A DNA stretch of 64,000 nucleotides from positions 352,001 to 416,000 of the forward strand of contig CBDFIQ010000001.1 of NCBI GenBank assembly GCA_965248195.1, written 5' to 3'. The notes below the pieces were generated by a model that made no database searches, was not told the origin of the DNA, and saw only the letters and a list, made by a program, of their open reading frames with translations. This DNA comes from Longimicrobiales bacterium (GTDB lineage Bacteria; Gemmatimonadota; Gemmatimonadetes; Longimicrobiales; Gaopeijiaceae). The number at the start of each line of letters is the position of its first letter. Position 1 is the stretch's first letter. The position numbers were made by a program, and so were the translations under genes. This document shows, one piece after another, positions 55,832 through 64,000 of the stretch.

Positions 55832-57001
55832 ATGAGAACGCGCCGCACGCCGACTCCGGTAGCCATCCTCGTTATGACAGCTTGCGGGGCGCTGGCGCCC
55901 CCGGCCGTCGTCCGTGCGGCTCCACAGCAAGCCGCCCCGAGCACCCCTACCCCCGCCGCCGACTTGCGCGTCGAGACGCTCGCTTCGGGTCTCGACACCC
56001 CTTGGGATCTTGCCTGGGGTCCCGACGCTGCGATCTGGTTTACGGAGCGAGCAGGTCGTGTATCTCGGGTAGATCCGGAGACAGGAGCGATCACGCTCGT
56101 GGCCGAGATTGCCGTACACGAGCGGGGCGAGAGCGGCCTGATGGGCATGGCCTTCCACCCGGATTTCGAACAGGAGCCCTACGTCTACCTAGCTCACTCG
56201 TATGCCGCCGGGAACGGTATCGAGAATCGCCTGATCCGCATGCGCTACGAGGGGGGACGCCTGACCGCTCGGGAGACTCTCGTCGATGGGATTACCGGGC
56301 GTCGCAACCACGACGGGTCGAGGCTCGTCGTCGGCCCGGACGGATTCTTGTACATGACCATGGGGGACGCCGGAAGCCGTCCCATGGCCCAGGACCTCGG
56401 CTCTCTGTCTGGCAAGGTCCTGCGGCTCACGCTGGACGGAGGGCCGGCTCCCGGAAATCCGTTCGGGACGCGTGTCTACTCTTATGGCCACCGGAACCCG
56501 CAGGGCATCGTCTTCAACCCCGAGACGGGTGACCTGTACGTCGCCGAGCACGGGCCCAGAACGAACGACGAGGTGATGCGGGTCGAGATGGGCGGCGACC
56601 ACGGGTGGCCGTCCGTCCACGGCTTCTGTGATGGAGACGTGGATGACGAGGAGGACTACTGCGACGACAACGACGTGGTAGAGCCGCTCGAGGCGTGGAC
56701 GCCGACCGTGGGGATCTCCGGCCTCGACTACTACGGGTCGGACCGGATCCCCGCGTGGAATGGAAGCCTCCTCGTCACCTCACTGCGGGGCGCGGCACTC
56801 TGGCGGCTCGAGTTGTCGGAAGACGGCCGCTCGGTCGTGAGCACCGACGCAATCTACCGCGGCGACTACGGTCGCCTGCGAGACGTTCTGGTGGGTCCTG
56901 ACGGCGAAGTGTACATCGCTACGAGCAACGAGGACGGGCGCGGCCGGCCGGGGTCGGACGACGACCGGATCCTGAAGATCACGCGGCGGGGCGTGAGCTA
57001 G
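55832..57001 (+). CDS. PQQ-dependent sugar dehydrogenase family protein
   Basis: GLDTPWDLA, GLMGMAFHPDF, HDGSRL, YGHRNPQG, GRLRDV. Confidence 0.92.
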   Translation: MRTRRTPTPVAILVMTACGALAPPAVVRAAPQQAAPSTPTPAADLRVETLASGLDTPWDLAWGPDAAIWFTERAGRVSRVDPETGAITLVAEIAVHERGESGLMGMAFHPDFEQEPYVYLAHSYAAGNGIENRLIRMRYEGGRLTARETLVDGITGRRNHDGSRLVVGPDGFLYMTMGDAGSRPMAQDLGSLSGKVLRLTLDGGPAPGNPFGTRVYSYGHRNPQGIVFNPETGDLYVAEHGPRTNDEVMRVEMGGDHGWPSVHGFCDGDVDDEEDYCDDNDVVEPLEAWTPTVGISGLDYYGSDRIPAWNGSLLVTSLRGAALWRLELSEDGRSVVSTDAIYRGDYGRLRDVLVGPDGEVYIATSNEDGRGRPGSDDDRILKITRRGVS

Positions 57002-57177
57002 CCGGTGTTACGTCCGGCGCTCTTCGCGCTGGGGCTGCCGTTGGTGTTGCTCTAGACTGACGAGCTTCTGCTTGCGCCTACCGGCCCACTCTCGGATGTT
57101 GACGTCGGTTTGGGCCCGGAGAAGCAGGCCTCGCAAGGGGTGGCAAGACGTGCGACACACGCCAAGGGGACGACATC

Positions 57178-59358
57178 ATGAAGACACGGAAAGTGGGGCT
57201 TCTGGTCACCGCCACGTTGCTGACCGTCGCGGTCGCCTGGGTCACGCCCCTGCCTGGTCAGGCCGCCCAGAGCGACGAGATCACCGGTGTCGTGACGAGC
57301 GGCAATGGGCCGGAAGAAGGGGTATGGGTCATCGCCGAGACGGACGACCTGGCCACACGCTTCGTCAAGACCGTGGTCACCGGGGACGGCGGGCGCTTCC
57401 TGATTCCAGAGCTCCCCGAAGCCAATTACAGGGTCTGGGTCCGCGGGTACGGCCTCGTCGACTCGCCGAAGATCGACGCGACACCAGGGACCGACATCGA
57501 GCTCCAGGCGACCGTTGCGGCCAACGAGGCCGAAGCCGCCCAGGTGTATCCGGCCAACTACTGGTACTCACTGATCGAGCCGCCTGATGCGAGCGAATTC
57601 CCCGGGACCGGGCCGAGCGGCAATGGGATCGCCACGAACCTCCAGACGCAGGGCCAGTGGGTGGACATCCAGAAACAGGGTTGCATGCTGTGCCACCAGC
57701 TCGGCACTCGGGTCGTCCGCCAGATCGAGAACATCGACGAGTTCGACTCGACGCTTGCCGCCTGGGATTACCGGGTCCAGATGGGGCAGCGGGGCGGCCA
57801 GATGAGCAACGTCATGAGCCGATTCGGCCGACAGCGCGGGCTGCAGATGTTCGCCGACTGGAGCGACCGGATCGCGTCAGGCGCGCTTCCACCCAGGCCG
57901 CCCCGTCCGCAGGGCGTCGAGCGCAACGTCGTCACGACGATGTGGGAGTGGGGCACCGAGATCGACTACATCCACGACGAGATCGCGTCCGACAAGCGCG
58001 ACCCGACCGTGAACGCCAACGGACCGGTCTACGGCGTGAGCATCTCGAACGACGAGCTCGCCATTCTCGACCCGGTGACGCACGTGGCGACCAACCTCGA
58101 GGTCCCGCTACGGGCCGATCCCGCGACCGTGCGGCCGATGATTGCCGGATCGATGCAGGTGCCGTCGCGGTTCTATGGGGAGGAGCTGATCTGGAACGAC
58201 CCGGCCAACCCGCACAACCCCATGATGGATCAGAAAGGGCGGGTCTGGATGACGTCGGCGATCCGAGGTCGTGCGAACCCCGAGTGGTGCCAGGAAGGAT
58301 CGGACAACAAGTACGCGAGGTACTACCCAATGGCGAACAGTGGGCGGTCCGCGGTCTACTACGACCCGTCGACGGAGAAGTTCGTCATGATCGACACCTG
58401 CTTCGGCACGCACCACCTGCAGTTTGCCGAGGACGATGACAACACGCTCTTCTTCAGCGGTGGCGGCCAGGTCGTCGGGTGGATCAACACCGACGTCTAC
58501 GACGAGACGGGCGACGAGCAGTTCTCGCAGGGCTGGTGTCCTACCGTCATCGACACCAACGGCGACGGCAGGATCACGAAGCCATGGAACGAGCCTCAGA
58601 GTGGGAACATCGAGAACTTCGACCCAACCAAGGACACACGCGTGGGGGCGGGCAGCTATGGCCTCGTGGCCGACCCCGAGGTGGGCACGGCGGTCTGGCT
58701 CTCCTCGACGCGGTACCCGGGCAGGGTCGTGCGCTTGGACATCGGCGACAACCCGCCGGGGACCTGCATCACCGAGATGTACGAGGTGCCGTCGGTGCTC
58801 GACGCGAGCGTGCCAGAGGACGAGACCGGCTTCGGCCCGCACGGCATCGACATCGACCGCGACGGCGTCGTCTGGACGGCGCTCTCGGGCAGCAGCCACT
58901 TCGCCTCGTTCGACCGGAAGAAGTGCGACGCGAACGGACCGGAGATCCTCGACGGGCGCCACTGCGTCGAGGGATGGACGCTCTATCCGACACCGGGCCC
59001 GAACATCCGGAACACCGATCCGCCGCTGCGGGCGGACTACCACTACTACAACTGGGTGGACCAGCACAATACGTTGGGTCTGGGCAACAACATCCCGATC
59101 GCCAACGGGTCGAACTCCGATGCGTTACTGGCGCTCATCCCGGACACGGGCGAGTGGGTTGTCCTGCGCGTGCCGTATCCACAGGGCTTCTTCAGCCGCG
59201 GGCTCGACGGTCGTATCGACGACCCGGACGGCGGGTGGAAGGGTCGCGGCGTGTGGGCGACGTACGGCGCGGCGGTCACGTGGCACATCGAGGGCGGCAG
59301 GGGGGTCAAGCCCGGGATGATCAAGTTCCAGGTTCGCCCCGACCCGCTAGCCAACTAG
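57178..59358 (+). CDS. Secreted carboxypeptidase-regulatory-like plus c-type heme (CxxCH) plus beta-propeller protein
   Basis: GPEEGVWVIAET, WVRGYGLVDS, CMLCHQ, FQVRPDPLA. Confidence 0.85.
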   Translation: MKTRKVGLLVTATLLTVAVAWVTPLPGQAAQSDEITGVVTSGNGPEEGVWVIAETDDLATRFVKTVVTGDGGRFLIPELPEANYRVWVRGYGLVDSPKIDATPGTDIELQATVAANEAEAAQVYPANYWYSLIEPPDASEFPGTGPSGNGIATNLQTQGQWVDIQKQGCMLCHQLGTRVVRQIENIDEFDSTLAAWDYRVQMGQRGGQMSNVMSRFGRQRGLQMFADWSDRIASGALPPRPPRPQGVERNVVTTMWEWGTEIDYIHDEIASDKRDPTVNANGPVYGVSISNDELAILDPVTHVATNLEVPLRADPATVRPMIAGSMQVPSRFYGEELIWNDPANPHNPMMDQKGRVWMTSAIRGRANPEWCQEGSDNKYARYYPMANSGRSAVYYDPSTEKFVMIDTCFGTHHLQFAEDDDNTLFFSGGGQVVGWINTDVYDETGDEQFSQGWCPTVIDTNGDGRITKPWNEPQSGNIENFDPTKDTRVGAGSYGLVADPEVGTAVWLSSTRYPGRVVRLDIGDNPPGTCITEMYEVPSVLDASVPEDETGFGPHGIDIDRDGVVWTALSGSSHFASFDRKKCDANGPEILDGRHCVEGWTLYPTPGPNIRNTDPPLRADYHYYNWVDQHNTLGLGNNIPIANGSNSDALLALIPDTGEWVVLRVPYPQGFFSRGLDGRIDDPDGGWKGRGVWATYGAAVTWHIEGGRGVKPGMIKFQVRPDPLAN

Positions 59359-59416
59359 CCCGCCGTGACCAGTCTGGCTACGGACATCGCCTTCTTGAAA
59401 ACGGGAGCGCTCTATC

Positions 59417-60619
59417 ATGCCTAGCATCAGAGTTTCCAGATCCCTGTGGGCGTTCGGTCTCCTCGCTTTGGCCGGCTGTAGTGGGGTCGAACCAGCGGTG
59501 TGGCAGGAGGCGTTCCCCACCTTCACGAAGCACACGATCGCCGAGTTGGACGGGGGATCCTACGCGGTTGTCTTTGACGTCGATGGTGACGGGATGCAAG
59601 ACGTTGTAGCGTTTCCCGGGGGCAGAGCCGAACTGATGTGGTTCAAGAACCCGACCTGGGAAAAATTCAACATCACAACAGGGACCGAACGGTTCATCAA
59701 CATGGCCCCGTATGATGTCGATGGGGACGGCGATGTGGACCTCGCCATCGCCAGCGAGTTCGCCCTAGGGGACTCCAACAACGGCGGATTGATTCATTGG
59801 GTCGAGTCTCCCGACGACCCGACCACGAACCAAGAATGGGCGCTCCACTCCATAGATGCCGTCCCCGCGTCGCACAGGATCAGATGGGGAGACATAGATG
59901 GCGATGGGAGGAAGGAGCTCCTGAACCTCCCGATTATCGGGATCGGGGTCACCGGCCCCGAGTACGTGGGTGCGTCGCAGTTCAAGGCTTATCACATTCC
60001 CGATGACCCCACGGGTGCGTGGGAGCAGCAGGTGCTAGACGACTCCCGCCTGGAGGTGGCGCACGGCATCAGCGTCGTGGATTGGGACGGCGATCGGGCT
60101 GAGGATATCCTGACGGCCAGCAACGCCGGCGTCTTCCTATTCCAACCGGCGCTGGGAATTCAACCCCGGCACATCGGGGCCGGCCTTGACGCGCCGCGTC
60201 CGAATCGAGGGTCGAGCGAGGTCAGCCTCGGCACCTTGGGCGGCGACCGCTTCTTCGCCACGATCGAGCCGTGGCACGGCACCGACGCCGTTGTCTACAC
60301 GGCGGGCGACTCGGAGGAAGGCCTCTGGCTCCGCGAGGTCATCGGGACCGAGTTCGAGGGTGGACACGCGTTGATCGCCGTAGATCTGAACGACGACGGA
60401 TATGACGAGATCGTCGCGGGAGGCCGAGGCGGAGATTGGGCCCTGATGATCTACCGGTATCTACCGAGCTCCGACTCCTGGGAGAAAATTCCGCTGGATA
60501 TAGGCGGCGTGGCGGTTTCGGGTCTCTACATCAGCGACATCAATGGAGATGGTGCACTCGATATCATTGCCATCGGGGGAGCCACCGACAACGTGGTCTT
60601 TTACGAGAACTCGCGATGA
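59417..60619 (+). CDS. FG-GAP/VCBS-repeat lipoprotein
   Basis: LAGC lipobox; repeated DxDGDGxxD; IEPWHG. Confidence 0.85.
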   Translation: MPSIRVSRSLWAFGLLALAGCSGVEPAVWQEAFPTFTKHTIAELDGGSYAVVFDVDGDGMQDVVAFPGGRAELMWFKNPTWEKFNITTGTERFINMAPYDVDGDGDVDLAIASEFALGDSNNGGLIHWVESPDDPTTNQEWALHSIDAVPASHRIRWGDIDGDGRKELLNLPIIGIGVTGPEYVGASQFKAYHIPDDPTGAWEQQVLDDSRLEVAHGISVVDWDGDRAEDILTASNAGVFLFQPALGIQPRHIGAGLDAPRPNRGSSEVSLGTLGGDRFFATIEPWHGTDAVVYTAGDSEEGLWLREVIGTEFEGGHALIAVDLNDDGYDEIVAGGRGGDWALMIYRYLPSSDSWEKIPLDIGGVAVSGLYISDINGDGALDIIAIGGATDNVVFYENSR

Positions 60620-60780
60620 GCCCCCTAGGCTAGGGAATCGCCCCCTCCGTCGTCAGCCGGATCCTGTAGAGATCGGTGTGGGACCTCCGCAGCCAGCGCC
60701 GTACCTGAGTATATCCCATGAGTATATCCCCGTCCGTCGCTGGATCGATCAAGCCCGATAGGACAATCAGGAAACTCGCG

Positions 60781-63150
60781 ATGGGCCTGACACCAACCGG
60801 ATTCCTCACTGGATCGCTGACGGCCGGGTTACTCTTCATATTGCCACTGCAGCTGACGGCTCAAGCTCCGGTTGCCACTGAAGCCGACCGTATGCAAATC
60901 GATGGTCCGCCTCCACCTGTAGCCCCAGACGTGATCAGCAGGGACGATGAGGGCGGAGCCACTGTTCGGGCCATCCGAGTGACGGAACCCATGCGGATTG
61001 ACGGCGAGCTTGACGAGGCCTTTTACCGGACGACCCCGTCGATCTCGGACTTCGTTCAGAGCGTGCCCGATGAGGGGGCAACCCCGACCGAGCACACAGA
61101 GGCCTGGATCGCCTTCGACGACAGCAACGTCTACGTGTCCGGGCGCGTATGGGACTCCGCGCCGGAGAGCGAATGGGTTGCCAACGAGATGCGGCGGGAC
61201 GCACAGCAGATCCGGTCGAACGATAACTTCGGGGTCTTCCTGGATACCTTCTACGATCGCCGCAGCGCCGTGACATTCTATGTGAATTCGCTCGGTGCGT
61301 TTACCGACATGCAGATAACGAACGAGGGAAATCCCAACCGCGACTGGAACCCGATCGTCGACATCCAGACCGGTCGCTTCGACGGAGGCTGGACGGTCGA
61401 GATGGCGATTCCCTTCAAATCTCTCCGCTATCGTGCGGGCAGGGAGCAGGTCTGGGGGATCCAGTTGCGGCGGAACGTCATTCGCAGGAACGAGTGGAAT
61501 TATCTCACGTTCCTTCCACTCTCTGTAGCCGGAAACGGCTCGATGGGACTTTTTCGCGTGTCGATGTATGGAACACTGGTGGGAATCGAGGCACCACCCT
61601 CCGGCTGGAATCTGGAGGTCAAGCCCTATGCAATCTCAGGGCTCGAGACAGACATGAACGTCGATCCTGTGATCTCCAACGACGTCAACGTGAATGCGGG
61701 GTTGGACATCAAGTACGGAATCACCGAGAACCTGACGGCGGATCTCACCTTCAACACGGATTTCGCACAAGTCGAGGTGGACGAGCAGCAGGTCAACCTG
61801 ACCCGGTTCAGTCTCTTCTTCCCGGAAAAGAGGGAGTTCTTTCTTGAAGGCCGGGGAATCTTCGACTTCGGGAGAGGTGGGAATACTGGTGGGGGCGGTC
61901 TCAGAGGTGGCGGTGGCGGCTCTGGTGGCAGAGGCCGCTCTGGTGGTGGAGCACCTACGCTCTTCTACAGCCGACAGATCGGTTTGCAGGATGGAGAGCC
62001 GATCCCGATCCTCGCAGGCGGGAGGATCACCGGAAAGATCGGCTCGTTCGACGTGGGAGCCATAGGCATTCAGACAGACGACCATCCAGACGCCGGAGCC
62101 GAGTCCACCAACTTCACGGTGCTTCGTCTCCGCCGCGACATCCTCGCTCGAAGTAGCGTGGGAGTCCTCTTCGAGAACCGCTCGACTTCCATCAAGGGGA
62201 CAGGGGGATCCAACCAAGCATACGGAGTCGATGCAAGCTTTGCCTTCTTCGACAATGTGAGCTTTCTGGCCTACTACGCGAAGACAAGAACCGAAGGGTT
62301 GCGCGGAAACGACGAAAGCTATCGATCCAGCTTCAACTATGCCGCGGACAAATGGGGTGCATCCATCGACCATCTCATGGTGGGAGATGACTTCAATCCG
62401 GAGGTCGGGTTCGTTCGCCGAAAGGACTTCCGACAGACATCGACTTCGGGACGCTTCAGTCCCCGTCCCGAGTCCATCTCGTGGATTCGTCGGCTCACCT
62501 TTCAGGGGAACCTCGAGTATCTGGAGAACGAGCGGATCGGCTTCGTAGAAAGCCGCAACTGGGGAGGAAGCTTCCAGATCGAGTTCGAAAACGGCGATGG
62601 CTTCAGCATCAATTCTAGGGAAAGTTATGAGAATCTGATCGAAGACACGGACATTTCAGGCGCGACGATCCCTTTGGGCCGATACTCCTTCCGCGATGTT
62701 CAGGTGAGCTACATCTTCGGCCCACAGCGTCGTATGTCTGGCAACGTATCCGTGAGGAAGGGTAGCTTCTACTCGGGCGACATCACGTCCGTGGGTTTCA
62801 GTCGCGGTCGAATTGAGGTTCTACCACAGCTCTCTGTCGAGCCCAGCATCGAGTTCAACTGGATCAGTCTGCCAGATCAACAAGAGTTCGAGGGCGAGTT
62901 CAATCAACACGTCACCCGGGCCCGGGTGAGCTACAGTCTGAGCCCTCGCACGTTCGTGAGTGCACTGGTCCAATACAACGCGGGCAGTGATACCTTCAGC
63001 AACAACTTTCGGCTGCGGTGGGAATGGGCGCCGGGGAGTGAGCTTTTCATCGTGTACACTGAGGAGCGAATCACGGACGTGTTTGACCGGTGGTCCGAGC
63101 TCTCGAACCGTGGACTGGTGATCAAGGTGAACCGGTTACTTCGGATCTGA
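60781..63150 (+). CDS. DUF5916/CBM9-like outer-membrane protein
   Basis: IDGELDE, EMAIPFKSLRY, NTDFAQVEVD, FFPEKREFFLE. Confidence 0.88.
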   Translation: MGLTPTGFLTGSLTAGLLFILPLQLTAQAPVATEADRMQIDGPPPPVAPDVISRDDEGGATVRAIRVTEPMRIDGELDEAFYRTTPSISDFVQSVPDEGATPTEHTEAWIAFDDSNVYVSGRVWDSAPESEWVANEMRRDAQQIRSNDNFGVFLDTFYDRRSAVTFYVNSLGAFTDMQITNEGNPNRDWNPIVDIQTGRFDGGWTVEMAIPFKSLRYRAGREQVWGIQLRRNVIRRNEWNYLTFLPLSVAGNGSMGLFRVSMYGTLVGIEAPPSGWNLEVKPYAISGLETDMNVDPVISNDVNVNAGLDIKYGITENLTADLTFNTDFAQVEVDEQQVNLTRFSLFFPEKREFFLEGRGIFDFGRGGNTGGGGLRGGGGGSGGRGRSGGGAPTLFYSRQIGLQDGEPIPILAGGRITGKIGSFDVGAIGIQTDDHPDAGAESTNFTVLRLRRDILARSSVGVLFENRSTSIKGTGGSNQAYGVDASFAFFDNVSFLAYYAKTRTEGLRGNDESYRSSFNYAADKWGASIDHLMVGDDFNPEVGFVRRKDFRQTSTSGRFSPRPESISWIRRLTFQGNLEYLENERIGFVESRNWGGSFQIEFENGDGFSINSRESYENLIEDTDISGATIPLGRYSFRDVQVSYIFGPQRRMSGNVSVRKGSFYSGDITSVGFSRGRIEVLPQLSVEPSIEFNWISLPDQQEFEGEFNQHVTRARVSYSLSPRTFVSALVQYNAGSDTFSNNFRLRWEWAPGSELFIVYTEERITDVFDRWSELSNRGLVIKVNRLLRI

Positions 63151-63213
63151 GTAGGGCACGGGGGGGAACGTGCAATTCTGACCAACAGCCTGTCGGCTAG
63201 GTACGGCGGGCCT

Positions 63214-63336
63214 ATGAAACGCCTACGCCAACTGATCCATGAGATACACCGCCGCAGTCTGTGGCGGGTTGCTCCATTGTCTCAGCGGTACGTCGAGATC
63301 GCGGCTGAGTACGGCGTGGAGTGCCCTCCTACCTGA
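63214..63336 (+). pseudogene. Remnant of an IHRRSLW-type membrane/TPR protein
   Basis: MKRLRQLIHEIHRRSLWRV N-terminus; only 40 aa. Confidence 0.45.
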
Positions 63337-64000
63337 CCCGTACGTACTTCTGCAGGTTCCGCGGGACGGGCTCACCGCCGTACATGTTCCCCTCGCGATC
63401 CACCGCGACGAACTCTGCCCCGTTTCCGAGCACGACCGCAGGGTCTCCCCACGGGTAGACGATGAAGTCCGTCACCCAGCCCGTCTCGGCTGATCCGATC
63501 CGGATCCCCATCTCCCAGCCCGGATTCTGCACGTTGTCGGACTCCGAGTCGGCCACAAAGATCTGCCCGTTCGTGTCGAACGCGATTCCGCTCGGCCGCC
63601 CGAACTGCGTCCACGTGGCCAGGTGCGTCCCTTCCTGATCGAAGATCTGGACTCGGTTGTTGCTCCGGTCCCCGACGAAGATCCGTCCCCTGGAGTCCAT
63701 CTCGATGGCGTGCAGAGCACGGAATTCCCCGGGTGCGTATCCGGTCTGGCCCCACGACATGATGAACCGACCGTCGCTCGTGAACTTCATGACGCGGTTG
63801 TTTCCGTCGTTGTTGTGGCCGTCCGCGATGAAGACGTTGCCGTTGGGTGCCGCGACCACGTCGGACGGGGAGTCGAAGCTGTTCCGATCGCTGCCGGCCA
63901 TGCCCGGTGTGCCGAGGCGCAGCAGCACGTCACCCGTGGGGCTGAACTTGTAGACCAGGTGCCCCCGCTGGTCACCGTCCGGGATGTTGTCCGAGCCCAC
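63329..64000 (-). CDS. NHL-repeat peptidyl-alpha-hydroxyglycine lyase-like protein, 3' part
   Basis: PSDVVAAPNGNVFIADGH, GDRSNNRVQIFDQ, WTQFGRPSG. Confidence 0.88.
   Translation of the reverse strand: MGSDNIPDGDQRGHLVYKFSPTGDVLLRLGTPGMAGSDRNSFDSPSDVVAAPNGNVFIADGHNNDGNNRVMKFTSDGRFIMSWGQTGYAPGEFRALHAIEMDSRGRIFVGDRSNNRVQIFDQEGTHLATWTQFGRPSGIAFDTNGQIFVADSESDNVQNPGWEMGIRIGSAETGWVTDFIVYPWGDPAVVLGNGAEFVAVDREGNMYGGEPVPRNLQKYVRVR

Overview
GC-rich bacterial chromosome segment; the flanking secreted beta-propeller/TonB/DUF5916 gene repertoire suggests Gemmatimonadota, but this is inference only. It carries a ~46-kb decaying lambdoid prophage (~6107-52414). The left end interrupts an AhpD-like selenoprotein gene just upstream of its CxxU motif (in-frame UGA plus SECIS-like hairpin). 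The right end truncates an unrelated winged-helix regulator, and no attL/attR direct repeat is visible. The prophage has int/xis, tRNA-fMet, RecT/RecE-like genes, a cro/cI switch, a c4-type antisense RNA locus, rep/DnaB, an RNA ligase, a BamHI-like R-M cassette, a lambda-type terminase and portal, an S49 protease-capsid fusion and a lysis cassette. Its tail module has been deleted. Downstream of cI lies a repeat-punctuated cargo hotspot: lipoproteins, two HEPN proteins, HigBA, a fused CapRel, an uncharacterised two-gene membrane system and a predicted pseudoknotted RNA. Five IS copies are present (three identical 1567-bp IS3-family, one other IS3, one IS256). All family assignments are from motif recognition by eye; no database searches were run.
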